From assembly GCA_018883105.1 (NCBI GenBank), contig VEQS01000001.1:2161-66160 (forward strand): a stretch of DNA of 64,000 nucleotides, written 5' to 3'. A model generated the notes under the pieces. It was given only the letters and a program-made list of their open reading frames with translations, had not been told where the DNA came from and ran no database searches. The stretch is from Phycisphaerales bacterium (GTDB lineage: Bacteria > Planctomycetota > Phycisphaerae > Phycisphaerales > SM1A02). Shown piece by piece: positions 37,401-47,367 of the stretch; positions within the stretch are counted from its first letter, which is position 1; each line of letters starts with the position of its first letter. The position numbers were made by a program, and so were the translations under genes.

Positions 37401-37594
37401 CACGCCGGCCCCCAGCGCCACCCGAGCTCGACGGGCCGGAACGACTGCGTCGCCGCATGCCCCGGCGCCACCCGGTCGGGCGTCTGCCAGACCGACACGG
37501 CAAGCGGCTCGCGCGCCGTGAACGCGGCCGGCAGCAGCACCTCCGACACGAAGCCCTCGAAGCGGATCGCCGCGTACTGCAGGTCTGGGAGCAC
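34412..37594 (-). CDS. Alpha-mannosidase (glycoside hydrolase family 38)
   Basis: GHAHIDTAWLWP metal/catalytic motif, FLCSQAQQYAWVEE and LNQFHDILPGSSI. The 1060 aa length is typical of bacterial GH38. GTG start. Confidence 0.88.
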   Translation of the reverse strand: MLPDLQYAAIRFEGFVSEVLLPAAFTAREPLAVSVWQTPDRVAPGHAATQSFRPVELGWRWGPAWSTAWFRLQGEVPASLAGRRVALRFSSGSEALLWRGGVPFHGFDPYRDLAFLWERAPAGEAVDLLVEAACNLPLGVSTFWWESAEHHARWREANPGRLEGAELVAVDEAAWRFAQGFDTARKLLAALPAHEARAHELDRGLRALMARLPVQGAPGSMHAACTSLFPELAALLMGRGPSTPVTCNAVGHAHIDTAWLWPIAETKRKCLRTFANVLRLQERHPHFHFLCSQAQQYAWVEESSPALFAEIAARVREGRWEAAGAMWIEPDCTCPSGESFVRQILHGCEYWRSRFGAAAPQRFLYLPDTFGFPACLPQVMAQAGIDTFITNKMSWSETNRFPNVTFLWRGLDGTEVLSHLTPGHNYNSAIEPKEFMHGVQVLVDLDGARVPTYLQPYGFGDGGGGPTPEQVERANIGARCEGLPRVEQKPVRDFCEELHEARRALRRAGQDLRVWDGELYLELHRGTYTSQAWIKEANRRCEGLLRLAEMLACMRAGAEADAAVAAEARAALDAPWKALLLNQFHDILPGSSIREVYDDARVQLDDVRREAVRAVGRGMQWLAGAVAAAGGDRDATSERIAVFNPASTAQTGTVAADGGAVLCVEVPALGVAVVDAAADPSIAPGHEVRVTGARAMRNGFLEVELDEAGRVAVLRRVVDGAMANALDEHGAPLPMNQLVTYVDRPRRWEAWDIDRDYQEQATRVMGPADRIEFTVRGPAEAELVVERAVGRASRIVQRHRLVAGSPRLDIVTDVEWNEEQVLLRALFPCAVRARRATFGTQFGHVERAAHDNTSWERAQFEVPGHGWMDLSQPGLGVAVLDDGKFGRSARHGTLGLSLLKAPNFPDPTADRGRHRFTYSLMVHGGDWRAAGIDAQAEQLNHPLVGIELRGAAPAGAARVAPGWQGVGVRCDGAGHLEVSALKPGEAPGTVALRVVEVRGGGGSAEVRWGFPVRDVQATDLFEEPRDVAAIEHDAAAGVTRFAVRPFGIVTLRAALAGAGA

Positions 37595-37603
37595 GGGCGG
37601 AGT

Positions 37604-39577
37604 CTACGGAGCGGCCCACGCCCGCAGCCGGTCGTACGCCGGCGGGCGCGACCCAAGCTCCGACTCGAGCGCCATCGCCTCGGCCTCGCGCATCAGCGCC
37701 GCGCCGCCCGGGTCGCTCGCCGACAGCCGCTCGGCCTCCTCCAGCACCTGCTGGGCGCGCCACTGCCGGGCCAGGCCCACGAGCGACGGGAAGGTGCCGA
37801 CGATCGATGCGGACCGGTCGCGCAGGTCGCCAATGAGGGAACGGCCTTCCCGCTCGAGCCCGGCATTGAGCATGGCGTCGCCCAGGAACGACCGCGCGAT
37901 GATCGTCGAGGTCTCGACGGTGCCCGGGCATCGCTCGAGCAGGTCGACCGCGCAGCGTGCGTCGGCCAGCGCGCCGACCGCATCGCCCTCGAGGATCCGC
38001 ACCGCCCCACGCGCCAGGCGCGCGAGCTGCTCGTTCTGGTCGCAGCCGTCGAGCACTGCGTCGACGAGCAGCACCACGCGGTCGGCGACGTGCACGGCGC
38101 CGTCGTGGTCGCCCTTTCGCCTGAGGGCGTTGGCGATCCCCGCATCGATCCGCAGCGCCGCCACGTGGGTCTCCGGCAGGCCCTTTCGCGCCACGACGTC
38201 GCGCAGGCGGACGAACTCGGCCACGGCGCCGTCGTAATCGCCCGCCCCCACGAGCGTCTGCGCCAGCCCGATGCGGCGGGTGTTCGTGCGCGGTTCGTCG
38301 GGCCCGTAGATCTCCTCGTACGCGGCCAGGAGCCGGCGGCGCGCCCCCACGCTCTCGTCGGCCAGCCGCGTCAGCTGGACCATCCCCAGGAGCGGCTCCA
38401 CGGCATCCTTCATCACCACCGCCCGGCGTTCCGCCTCGTGCTGCTGCACCCGCGCCTCGCGCGCGGCAAGCACCGCGGTCACGGTCGCCGCAGCCATCCC
38501 CGCCGCGAGCGCCAGCACCACCGACGTCGCCGCCGGATGGCGACGCGCCATCCGCCACGCGCGACCGACCGCCCCGACGGGGCGGGCACGCACCGGGTGA
38601 CCCTCAGCCCACCGCCGCAGGTCCGCGGCGAACTCGCCCGCCTCCTGGTAACGATCCTCCGGCGCTCGTGCCAGCGCGCGGACGAGCACCGCGGCCAGGT
38701 CCCCGCGGCGGCCGAGCGCGAGCGCCGAGAGTCGAGCATGCACGTCGGCGAGGTCGCCGCGTCGCGCGCGTTCCACCACCACCGACGCCGCCTCGGATTC
38801 GCGCAGGCGGTGCGGCGGCGCACCAGTGAGCAGCCGAACCAGGATGGCCGCGAGCGACCACACGTCGCTGCGCGCATCGATGCGCCACGGCTCGCTCGAC
38901 GCTGCCTCGGGGCTCATGTAGGAGGGCGTGCCGATCACGTGCCCGGCGAGGGTGGCGTCCGCGCACGCCCGGTCCGCACCGCGCCCGACCACGCCACGTG
39001 GCGCGGGTCCCTCGCCCGCCGAACCATCCAGGATGCGCGCAAGCCCGAAGTCGATCACCTTCACCCGCCGCGGCTGGCCCGCGCGCGACTCGACCAGCAG
39101 GTTCGACGGCTTCAGGTCACGGTGCAGCACGCCGCGGCGGTGCGCATGCTCAACGGCGTCCGCGACGTCGGCCAGCAGCCGCACGCGCTCGCGCGCATCG
39201 AGCCGAGCGTGATCGGCGAACGCGTCGACCGGCTGTCCGTCCACCAGTTCCATCGCGAACCACGGCGTCCCGTCGTCGGACATGCCCCCATCGAGGATCA
39301 TCGCGATGCCCGCGTGCGCCAGCGAGGCCAGCGCGCGGCGCTCGTCCCCGAACCGCCGCTCCGCCGACGAGGACGCCTCGACCCCCGACAGCACCTTGAC
39401 CGCCACCCGCCGCCGGACGGGGGCGTCCTGCTCGGCTTCGAACACCGAGCCGGACGCACCCTTCCCGAGGAAGCGCACCAGCGTGAACTGACCGAAGCGG
39501 TCCCCGGGCTTCGGGGGGTGAATCAAGGCACCCCGCAGGATCCGCTCCGCATCCAGGAGATCGAGTCCCGCGTTCAA
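37604..39577 (-). CDS. Ser/Thr protein kinase with C-terminal TPR-like domain
   Basis: GKGASGSVF, AVKVL, HRDLKPSNLLV, DFG and SPE. TM AATSVVLALAAGMAAATVTAVLA. Helical repeat region after the TM. TTG start per the ORF track. Confidence 0.85.
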   Translation of the reverse strand: MNAGLDLLDAERILRGALIHPPKPGDRFGQFTLVRFLGKGASGSVFEAEQDAPVRRRVAVKVLSGVEASSSAERRFGDERRALASLAHAGIAMILDGGMSDDGTPWFAMELVDGQPVDAFADHARLDARERVRLLADVADAVEHAHRRGVLHRDLKPSNLLVESRAGQPRRVKVIDFGLARILDGSAGEGPAPRGVVGRGADRACADATLAGHVIGTPSYMSPEAASSEPWRIDARSDVWSLAAILVRLLTGAPPHRLRESEAASVVVERARRGDLADVHARLSALALGRRGDLAAVLVRALARAPEDRYQEAGEFAADLRRWAEGHPVRARPVGAVGRAWRMARRHPAATSVVLALAAGMAAATVTAVLAAREARVQQHEAERRAVVMKDAVEPLLGMVQLTRLADESVGARRRLLAAYEEIYGPDEPRTNTRRIGLAQTLVGAGDYDGAVAEFVRLRDVVARKGLPETHVAALRIDAGIANALRRKGDHDGAVHVADRVVLLVDAVLDGCDQNEQLARLARGAVRILEGDAVGALADARCAVDLLERCPGTVETSTIIARSFLGDAMLNAGLEREGRSLIGDLRDRSASIVGTFPSLVGLARQWRAQQVLEEAERLSASDPGGAALMREAEAMALESELGSRPPAYDRLRAWAAP

Positions 39578-39670
39578 CAGAGGCTCCAGGAGAGAGGCGC
39601 TCGACGGGCGCGCATGCGCGCCCCGTCGGAAAAAACCCGCAAAATTGCGTCGGAGCCCCCGTGCACGGCC

Positions 39671-40369
39671 TCACGCTTCCCGCATTGCGTCCAGGAGGGC
39701 TGCGATCTCCGCATCGAGGTCCCCCTCGCCCGCCCCGTCCCGGGCAAGGACCTCCAGCAGCGCCCGGCGCAGCTTGATCGACGCGGTACGCACCATGCCG
39801 GCCGCCTGCTGCTCGGAGACGCCGAACTCGGGCCCCAACTCCGCATACGGCCGCTGCCCGACGTGGTGGCGGAGGAAGAGCTCCCAGTGGCGCCCCTGCC
39901 CACCGGCGTCGCAGAGCTCTCGGGCGCGCGCCGTGGCCTGCTCGATCACCCCGCGTGCCCACACGCGCTCGAAGGTGCGCACGGCATCCTCGGCCGAGCC
40001 GACGGAATCGAGCACGTCGCCCGGCAGCAGCGCGGTCCGCCCGTCCCGGCTTCGCTCCGCCAGGCGCTCGTGGCAATAGAGAAGGAGGCCGTTCATCAGC
40101 CACCGCCGCATGCGCATGCCCGACTCGAGCCATGCCGGCAGCCATCCGTCCTGCGACAGCCGGCTCGCGAAGAACCCCGACACCAGCTCGCGCGGCTCTG
40201 ACAGGCTGCGGAAGCCCGTCGCCGACACGTACCCCGCGAGCGCGCCCGAGTAAGTGCTCATGAGATGGTGGTGCAGCTCGGCGCGCTCGCCCTGCCGGAT
40301 GCGGTCGACGATCCAGGTGCGCTCCGTGGACGGGAACAACTCCCCGGACGGAACGTCGGCAGCGCTCAT
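39671..40369 (-). CDS. ECF-type sigma-70 family factor (kinase-associated, ECF43-like)
   Basis: N-terminal RTWIVDRI ... [14 protein letters not shown] ... [17 protein letters not shown] and C-terminal [34 protein letters not shown]. Start at ATG 40369. Confidence 0.6.
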   Translation of the reverse strand: MSAADVPSGELFPSTERTWIVDRIRQGERAELHHHLMSTYSGALAGYVSATGFRSLSEPRELVSGFFASRLSQDGWLPAWLESGMRMRRWLMNGLLLYCHERLAERSRDGRTALLPGDVLDSVGSAEDAVRTFERVWARGVIEQATARARELCDAGGQGRHWELFLRHHVGQRPYAELGPEFGVSEQQAAGMVRTASIKLRRALLEVLARDGAGEGDLDAEIAALLDAMREA

Positions 40370-40440
40370 GCAGGCAGCGTAGCCCGGAAACCACCTTCGA
40401 ATCAGGTGGACCCGCCGCATCGGCGCCGTACACTCGACCC

Positions 40441-41181
40441 GTGCTCCGGGCCGTCGCAGTCCTCCTGTGCCTCGCCACCTCGGCGCCCGCCGCGGCCGAC
40501 GTCGTCCACCAGACGCAGGGGCCGTTCGGCGGCTTCTTCGGCCTCTGGGGCCCCACCGTCTCGGGCAGCCAGATCGTCGGCGCGCGCTTCGTGCCGGGCG
40601 CCGACCACACGCTGACGGCCATCCGCCTGTGGTTCATGAACGACGACGGCGCGCCGGGCGCGCCGATCCGCATCACGCTGCGCGCCGACGGCACGCATGC
40701 CGGCGGCACCAGCATTCCCGGCACGCAGGTGATCGCGCAGTGGGACATCGCCTGCCAGGCCGCAGGCTGGAACCCGGTGCAGCACTCCGTGACCAGCGCC
40801 GGCGGCATCGCGCTGCGCGCGGGCGTGCGCTACTGGGTCGTGGCGCAGAGCGACGCGCCGGGCGGCCTCTCGCCGGTGTGGAACTTTGCGGCGTTCGGCA
40901 ACTCATGGAACTCGATCGGCCTGCGCACCGCGACCGACGAAGGGTGGCAGGCCGGCGGGAGCGGCGCGGCGCTGACGCTCGTCGTCGAGGGCACGCCGGG
41001 GTTGCCACCCAAGAACCCGGACCTCAACCAGGATGGCGCCGTGAACGGCGACGACCTCGGCCTCCTGCTCGGCGCATGGGGGCCATGCCCGGCGTCCGGT
41101 CCATGCAACGCCGACCTCGACCGAAACGGATCGGTCGATGCGGACGACCTCGGCCGGCTGCTCGCGGCGTGGACGGCCTGA
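40441..41181 (+). CDS. Secreted protein with C-terminal dockerin-like (EF-hand-like) repeat pair
   Basis: Signal peptide [20 protein letters not shown]-terminal [21 protein letters not shown] and [20 protein letters not shown]. Confidence 0.7.
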   Translation: MLRAVAVLLCLATSAPAAADVVHQTQGPFGGFFGLWGPTVSGSQIVGARFVPGADHTLTAIRLWFMNDDGAPGAPIRITLRADGTHAGGTSIPGTQVIAQWDIACQAAGWNPVQHSVTSAGGIALRAGVRYWVVAQSDAPGGLSPVWNFAAFGNSWNSIGLRTATDEGWQAGGSGAALTLVVEGTPGLPPKNPDLNQDGAVNGDDLGLLLGAWGPCPASGPCNADLDRNGSVDADDLGRLLAAWTA

Positions 41182-41370
41182 CAGCCCCCCACTGCGCGTA
41201 TCTGGGTGCCACTGTTATTGCCACAGCCCGGGAGAGGTCCCCGAACGCGAGATTTTTCGACCCAATCGCACAAATGCATGATGGGTCGCTACCCTAGTTT
41301 GCGTTCCTACGTGTGGAACCCGGGGGTTCAACGAGCCTTTCCCTCCTCCCTCTCTCAAGGGAGTATTAAG

Positions 41371-41406
41371 CGCCCGTCGAGCTCACGCTCGACGGGCGTT
41401 TCTTTC
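41371..41406. terminator. Strong hairpin terminator (possibly bidirectional)
   Basis: 11-bp stem, CGCCCGTCGAG (41371-41381) and CTCGACGGGCG (41388-41398), followed on the + strand by TTTCTTTC. On the - strand it abuts the stop of the small CDS at 41405. Confidence 0.6.
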
Positions 41407-41623
41407 ATCGCGACTCTTCCGGCTGCGACTCTTCGCGGCGCCCCCGCGCCGCGCGCTCGTCGTCGGCGCGCAATTTCGCCTCGAGGTCCGCGTCGCCGCG
41501 CTCCTGGCGCTGCACCAGCCGCCACGCGAGGTAGGCGACCACCAGCATCCCGGCGATCGTGAACGCAATGGCACCCGGTCCGTACGGCGACTCCGGCGGG
41601 CCATCGGTGCCCGGCGCGATCAC
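41405..41623 (-). CDS. Small single-TM protein coupled to the amidase gene
   Basis: GTG 41623 overlaps the amidase stop as GTGA. 72 aa with TM GAIAFTIAGMLVVAYLAW and a charged tail. A terminator follows. Confidence 0.45.
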   Translation of the reverse strand: MIAPGTDGPPESPYGPGAIAFTIAGMLVVAYLAWRLVQRQERGDADLEAKLRADDERAARGRREESQPEESR

Positions 41624-42369
41624 GCCACGGCGGCCGACTTGAAGCCGGACTTGCGCAGGACGCGAACCTTCGCCTGCAGGCGGTCGCCGGGGCACGCGGT
41701 CTGCGCGCCCGGCCACTCGCGGTGCGTGAGCACCGCGCCGCTCGAGATCCGGTAGTGGGCCCGCAGCTGGGCGATGGTGCGGTTGAGCGCCTCGATCTGC
41801 GCCTCCGACGGCGACTGCACCACGAAGTTCCCCAGGCACACCACGCCGATGTTGTGCTCGTTCCGCTCCTTCACGTGGGCACCCTGCCATCGCGTGAGGT
41901 CGCGGCCCTGCCACACGGTGCCGTTGCGATCGACCACGTAGTGGTAGCCGATGTCGGCCCAGCCCTTGCCGCGATGGCCGTTGCGGATCAGCTCGATGCG
42001 GGCCTTCGCCTCGGTCTCGGTCTTTCCCCAGAACGGCGTCATGCCGTCGTGGTGGACCGTGATGTAGCGCGGCTTCAGCATCGGATCCATGCCGCCGGTC
42101 AGTGCGCCGCCGCGCGCCCACGACGACCGCGGGCGAGCGAACGGCACGGGGCCGGGCATGCACACCTCGGGCACCTTGACGACGCCGGTCTTCGCGTCCA
42201 CCTGCGGGGGCGTGCAGATCGCGCCCTGCGGCATCTCGGGCTCGGGCGCGGGGATGTCGGGCCAGTCGACGCCGGGCAGGCGGCCCGAGGCCATCCGGGC
42301 GGAACCGGGGCTCGAGGCGCAGCCGGCCACGAAGAGCGCGCCGAAGAAGACGAACGACCGCCGCGCCAT
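41620..42369 (-). CDS. N-acetylmuramoyl-L-alanine amidase (Amidase_2/PGRP fold) lipoprotein
   Basis: ITVHHDG, GWADIGYHYVVDRNGTVWQGR, HNIGVVCLGNF and THREW....TACPG. Lipobox FVAGC after MARRSFVFFGAL (ATG 42369). ATG 42426 and the ORF-track start 42453 are alternatives. Confidence 0.8.
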   Translation of the reverse strand: MARRSFVFFGALFVAGCASSPGSARMASGRLPGVDWPDIPAPEPEMPQGAICTPPQVDAKTGVVKVPEVCMPGPVPFARPRSSWARGGALTGGMDPMLKPRYITVHHDGMTPFWGKTETEAKARIELIRNGHRGKGWADIGYHYVVDRNGTVWQGRDLTRWQGAHVKERNEHNIGVVCLGNFVVQSPSEAQIEALNRTIAQLRAHYRISSGAVLTHREWPGAQTACPGDRLQAKVRVLRKSGFKSAAVA

Positions 42370-42620
42370 CGCCGCACCGAGGCGCGGCCCGAGTTCCGGG
42401 AGGGATTCGTTGCGGGGGGCGTTCATCGGCGTCCGTGCGGGCCTTCGATGCACCTCGTACGCACCGGCGTCGAGGCGGGGTCGCCGCTCCTTCCGTGGAT
42501 CGGCGCATGCTCCGGAAAGGCTGCAGTTTACGGGGCGTTCGTCGCGTCGGTCGGGGGCGCCAAATGGCGGCGAACGGGCCGGGGAACGCGGGGGTTCGGA
42601 TACACTTCCACATCTCCAGA

Positions 42621-45180
<2,560 letters not shown>

Positions 45181-45200
<20 letters not shown>

Positions 45201-46128
45201 CCGCAGGCGGCGCGAACCAGCCCTCGGGCAGGCCGCCCGCGGGCAGCGCCACCCGTTCCACCACGATCGAACGCGGCTCCGGGCGACGTGCGCCATGCGG
45301 GCCGGGAGGCCCCCCGGACCGATGCATGCCCGGCGGGGGCGGGCGGTCGCCACGCGGCGGCGGCGGCGGCGGACGGTCGCCGAAGGCGAAGCTTGCGCGC
45401 AGCACGCGCTTGGTGTCCGGGTCGAGCACGAGCTCCACGCGCTCGGGCCCGCGGAACGCACGGTTCACGCGCGTGGCGCAGAGCTGCATGCGGCCGTCCG
45501 CGTCGCAGCGCGCGATGTCGTAGCCCGCGGCCAGGTCCGCAAGCAGCACGTCGAGCCGGTCGACGAGGAGGTCCCCCTCCGGCGTCTCGATCCAGCGCGG
45601 CCACGGGGCGTCGCCGGGCAGCTCGCGCATGTCCGCGCCGGGCTCGATGACCCAGGCGCGCGCGCCGTCGGTGGCGCGCACCATCCGGCGGCCGTCCGGC
45701 AGGTCGAGGTCGAGGCGCACGTGCGTCGCGTCGCGCACGTCGAGCGTGCCGGAGGCGCGGCGCGGTGCGTCCTCGCCGGGCGGCGCCGGGAACTCGAGGT
45801 CGATCCGGTAGCGACGGTCGCCGCCCCCGGATTCCGCGGCCTGCGCCGCGCGCAGCAATGCGCCCGCGGTCGCCGGGCCCGGCGACAGCATGATCGCCGC
45901 GCCCACGAACACCGCCACCGACGCGGCCGCTGCAAGCGGCGTGCGCCAGTCGAACCGCCCGATGCGCAGCCGTCGCGTGCCGCCTGCCCGGCCGGCGCGC
46001 ACGCCGTCCATCGCGCGCCCGACCAGCGCGCCGACGCGTGCGGGCGTGTCGATGCGGCGGTGCTCCAGCATCCCGCCAACCCAGCGGTCGGTCGCGGTCT
46101 CCTCGTGCTCGTGGCGCAGGTCGCTCAT
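45181..46128 (-). CDS. Anti-sigma factor-like membrane protein
   Basis: ATG 46128 overlaps the sigma-factor stop as ATGA. Single TM LAAAASVAVFVGAAIML, a periplasmic domain and a Pro-rich segment. Confidence 0.6.
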
Positions 46129-46643
46129 GCGGCGGCTCCCTTCGATTCCATGCACGCGGCGATCATCGCTCGCGCGCGCTGCAGCCTCTTCTTGGTGGCC
46201 TCGACGCTGGCCCCGATCTCGCGCGCGATCGACGCGACCGGCGCGTCGAGCCGGTAGCAGAGGTGGATCGGCACGCGGTACTCGTCGGGCAGGCCCGACA
46301 CGCACTCGTCGAGCACGGACATGCGGCGCCGGAACGCCTCCGCGTCGTCGCGGTCGGCGGCCTCGGCGCGGCGGTCGATGCCGTCCAGCACCGCCTCGTC
46401 CACCGGCCGCTCGCGCCAAAGACGCGAGCGGTGGTCCATCACCAGGTTGCGCGCGATGCCCCGCATCCACGCGCCGAAGGGGCGCGCGCGGTCGTAGTCG
46501 GGAAGCCGCCGCCACGCCACCAGCACCGTCTCCTGGAACAGGTCATCGACGCTCGCGGCCGGCACCGACGCGCGCAGGTAGGCGAGCAGGCGGTCGGCCT
46601 GCTCGCGCACCAGGATCTCGAAGACGTCCTCGGCGTTGGGCAT
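46125..46643 (-). CDS. ECF (RpoE-like) sigma-70 family factor
   Basis: Region 2 DDLFQETVLVAWRRLPDYD...FGAWMRGIARN. Region 4 LPDEYRVPIHLCYRLDAPVASIAREIGASVEATKKRLQRAR. Start at ATG 46643. Confidence 0.88.
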   Translation of the reverse strand: MPNAEDVFEILVREQADRLLAYLRASVPAASVDDLFQETVLVAWRRLPDYDRARPFGAWMRGIARNLVMDHRSRLWRERPVDEAVLDGIDRRAEAADRDDAEAFRRRMSVLDECVSGLPDEYRVPIHLCYRLDAPVASIAREIGASVEATKKRLQRARAMIAACMESKGAAA

Positions 46644-46689
46644 CGGGGGCTGTACCCATGTTGCCCGGAACGCCCGCCGGGGGACAGGC

Positions 46690-47367
46690 TCACCCGGCCT
46701 CCCGGAACCCCCGTTCCCGCAGCTGGCAGGCGTCGCAGCGGCCGCAGGGCAGCCCGGCGGGGGTGGGGTCGTAGCAGCTGATGGTCCGGGAAAGGTCGAC
46801 CCCCAGCGCCCGGCCCCGCCGGACGATGTCGGCCTTCCCCATCCGCAGGAGCGGCACGTGCACCCGCATCCAGCGCTCGCCACGCGCGGCGGCCTCGACC
46901 CCGGCGCGGGTGGCCAGGTTCGCCAGGCGCTCGAACGCCTCGACGAACTCGGGCCGGCAGTCGGGGTAGCCGGAGTAGTCGATGGCGTTGACGCCGATGG
47001 CGATGTCGCGCGCGCCCGTGGACTCCGCCATCGCCAGCGCGTGCGCCAGGAAGATCGTGTTGCGCGCCGGCACGTAGGTCACCGGGATGTCGTGGGCAGC
47101 CGCCACGTCGCGGTCCTTGGGGACGGCGATGTCGGCGGTCAGCGCGCTTGCGCCGAAGGCGCGCAGGTCGATGCGCACGGTGCGGTGCGACGCGGCGCCC
47201 AGCATGCCGGCCACCTCGGCGGCCCGCTCGAGCTCGACGCGGTGGCGCTGCCCATAGTCGAAGCTGAGCGCGTGGCACTCGAAGCCGGCGTGGCGCATCT
47301 CGGCAAGCACCACCGCGGAGTCCATGCCGCCGGACAGGAGCACCACCGCGCGGGGCGCCGCGCTCAT
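46690..47367 (-). CDS. queC: 7-cyano-7-deazaguanine synthase
   Basis: VVLLSGGMDS PP-loop, FDYGQRH, VPARN, and Zn cysteines CY..C...CGRCDAC. Start at ATG 47367 (ATGA overlap with the MoxR stop). The rest of ORF 46690..48357 is an out-of-frame read-through. Confidence 0.92.
   Translation of the reverse strand: MSAAPRAVVLLSGGMDSAVVLAEMRHAGFECHALSFDYGQRHRVELERAAEVAGMLGAASHRTVRIDLRAFGASALTADIAVPKDRDVAAAHDIPVTYVPARNTIFLAHALAMAESTGARDIAIGVNAIDYSGYPDCRPEFVEAFERLANLATRAGVEAAARGERWMRVHVPLLRMGKADIVRRGRALGVDLSRTISCYDPTPAGLPCGRCDACQLRERGFREAG

Noticed and set aside
41182-41370. A tRNA or tmRNA-like gene in the lower-GC intergenic region (GGTTCAACGAGCC resembles a T-loop).
   Set aside because: No acceptor stem or cloverleaf can be drawn around it, and the T-arm pairing is absent. 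It is kept only as a generic sRNA / 3' UTR candidate.
41206-41562. 118-aa ORF spanning the intergenic region and running antisense into the small membrane protein gene.
   Set aside because: It has no RBS, Arg/Pro-rich composition in its second half, it crosses a strong terminator hairpin, and no motifs are present.
42454-42620. DnaA boxes or a replication origin upstream of gyrB.
   Set aside because: There are only two weak partial matches to TTATCCACA (TTCCGTGGAT, ACTTCCACA). There is no AT-rich unwinding element, and no dnaA, dnaN or recF nearby.
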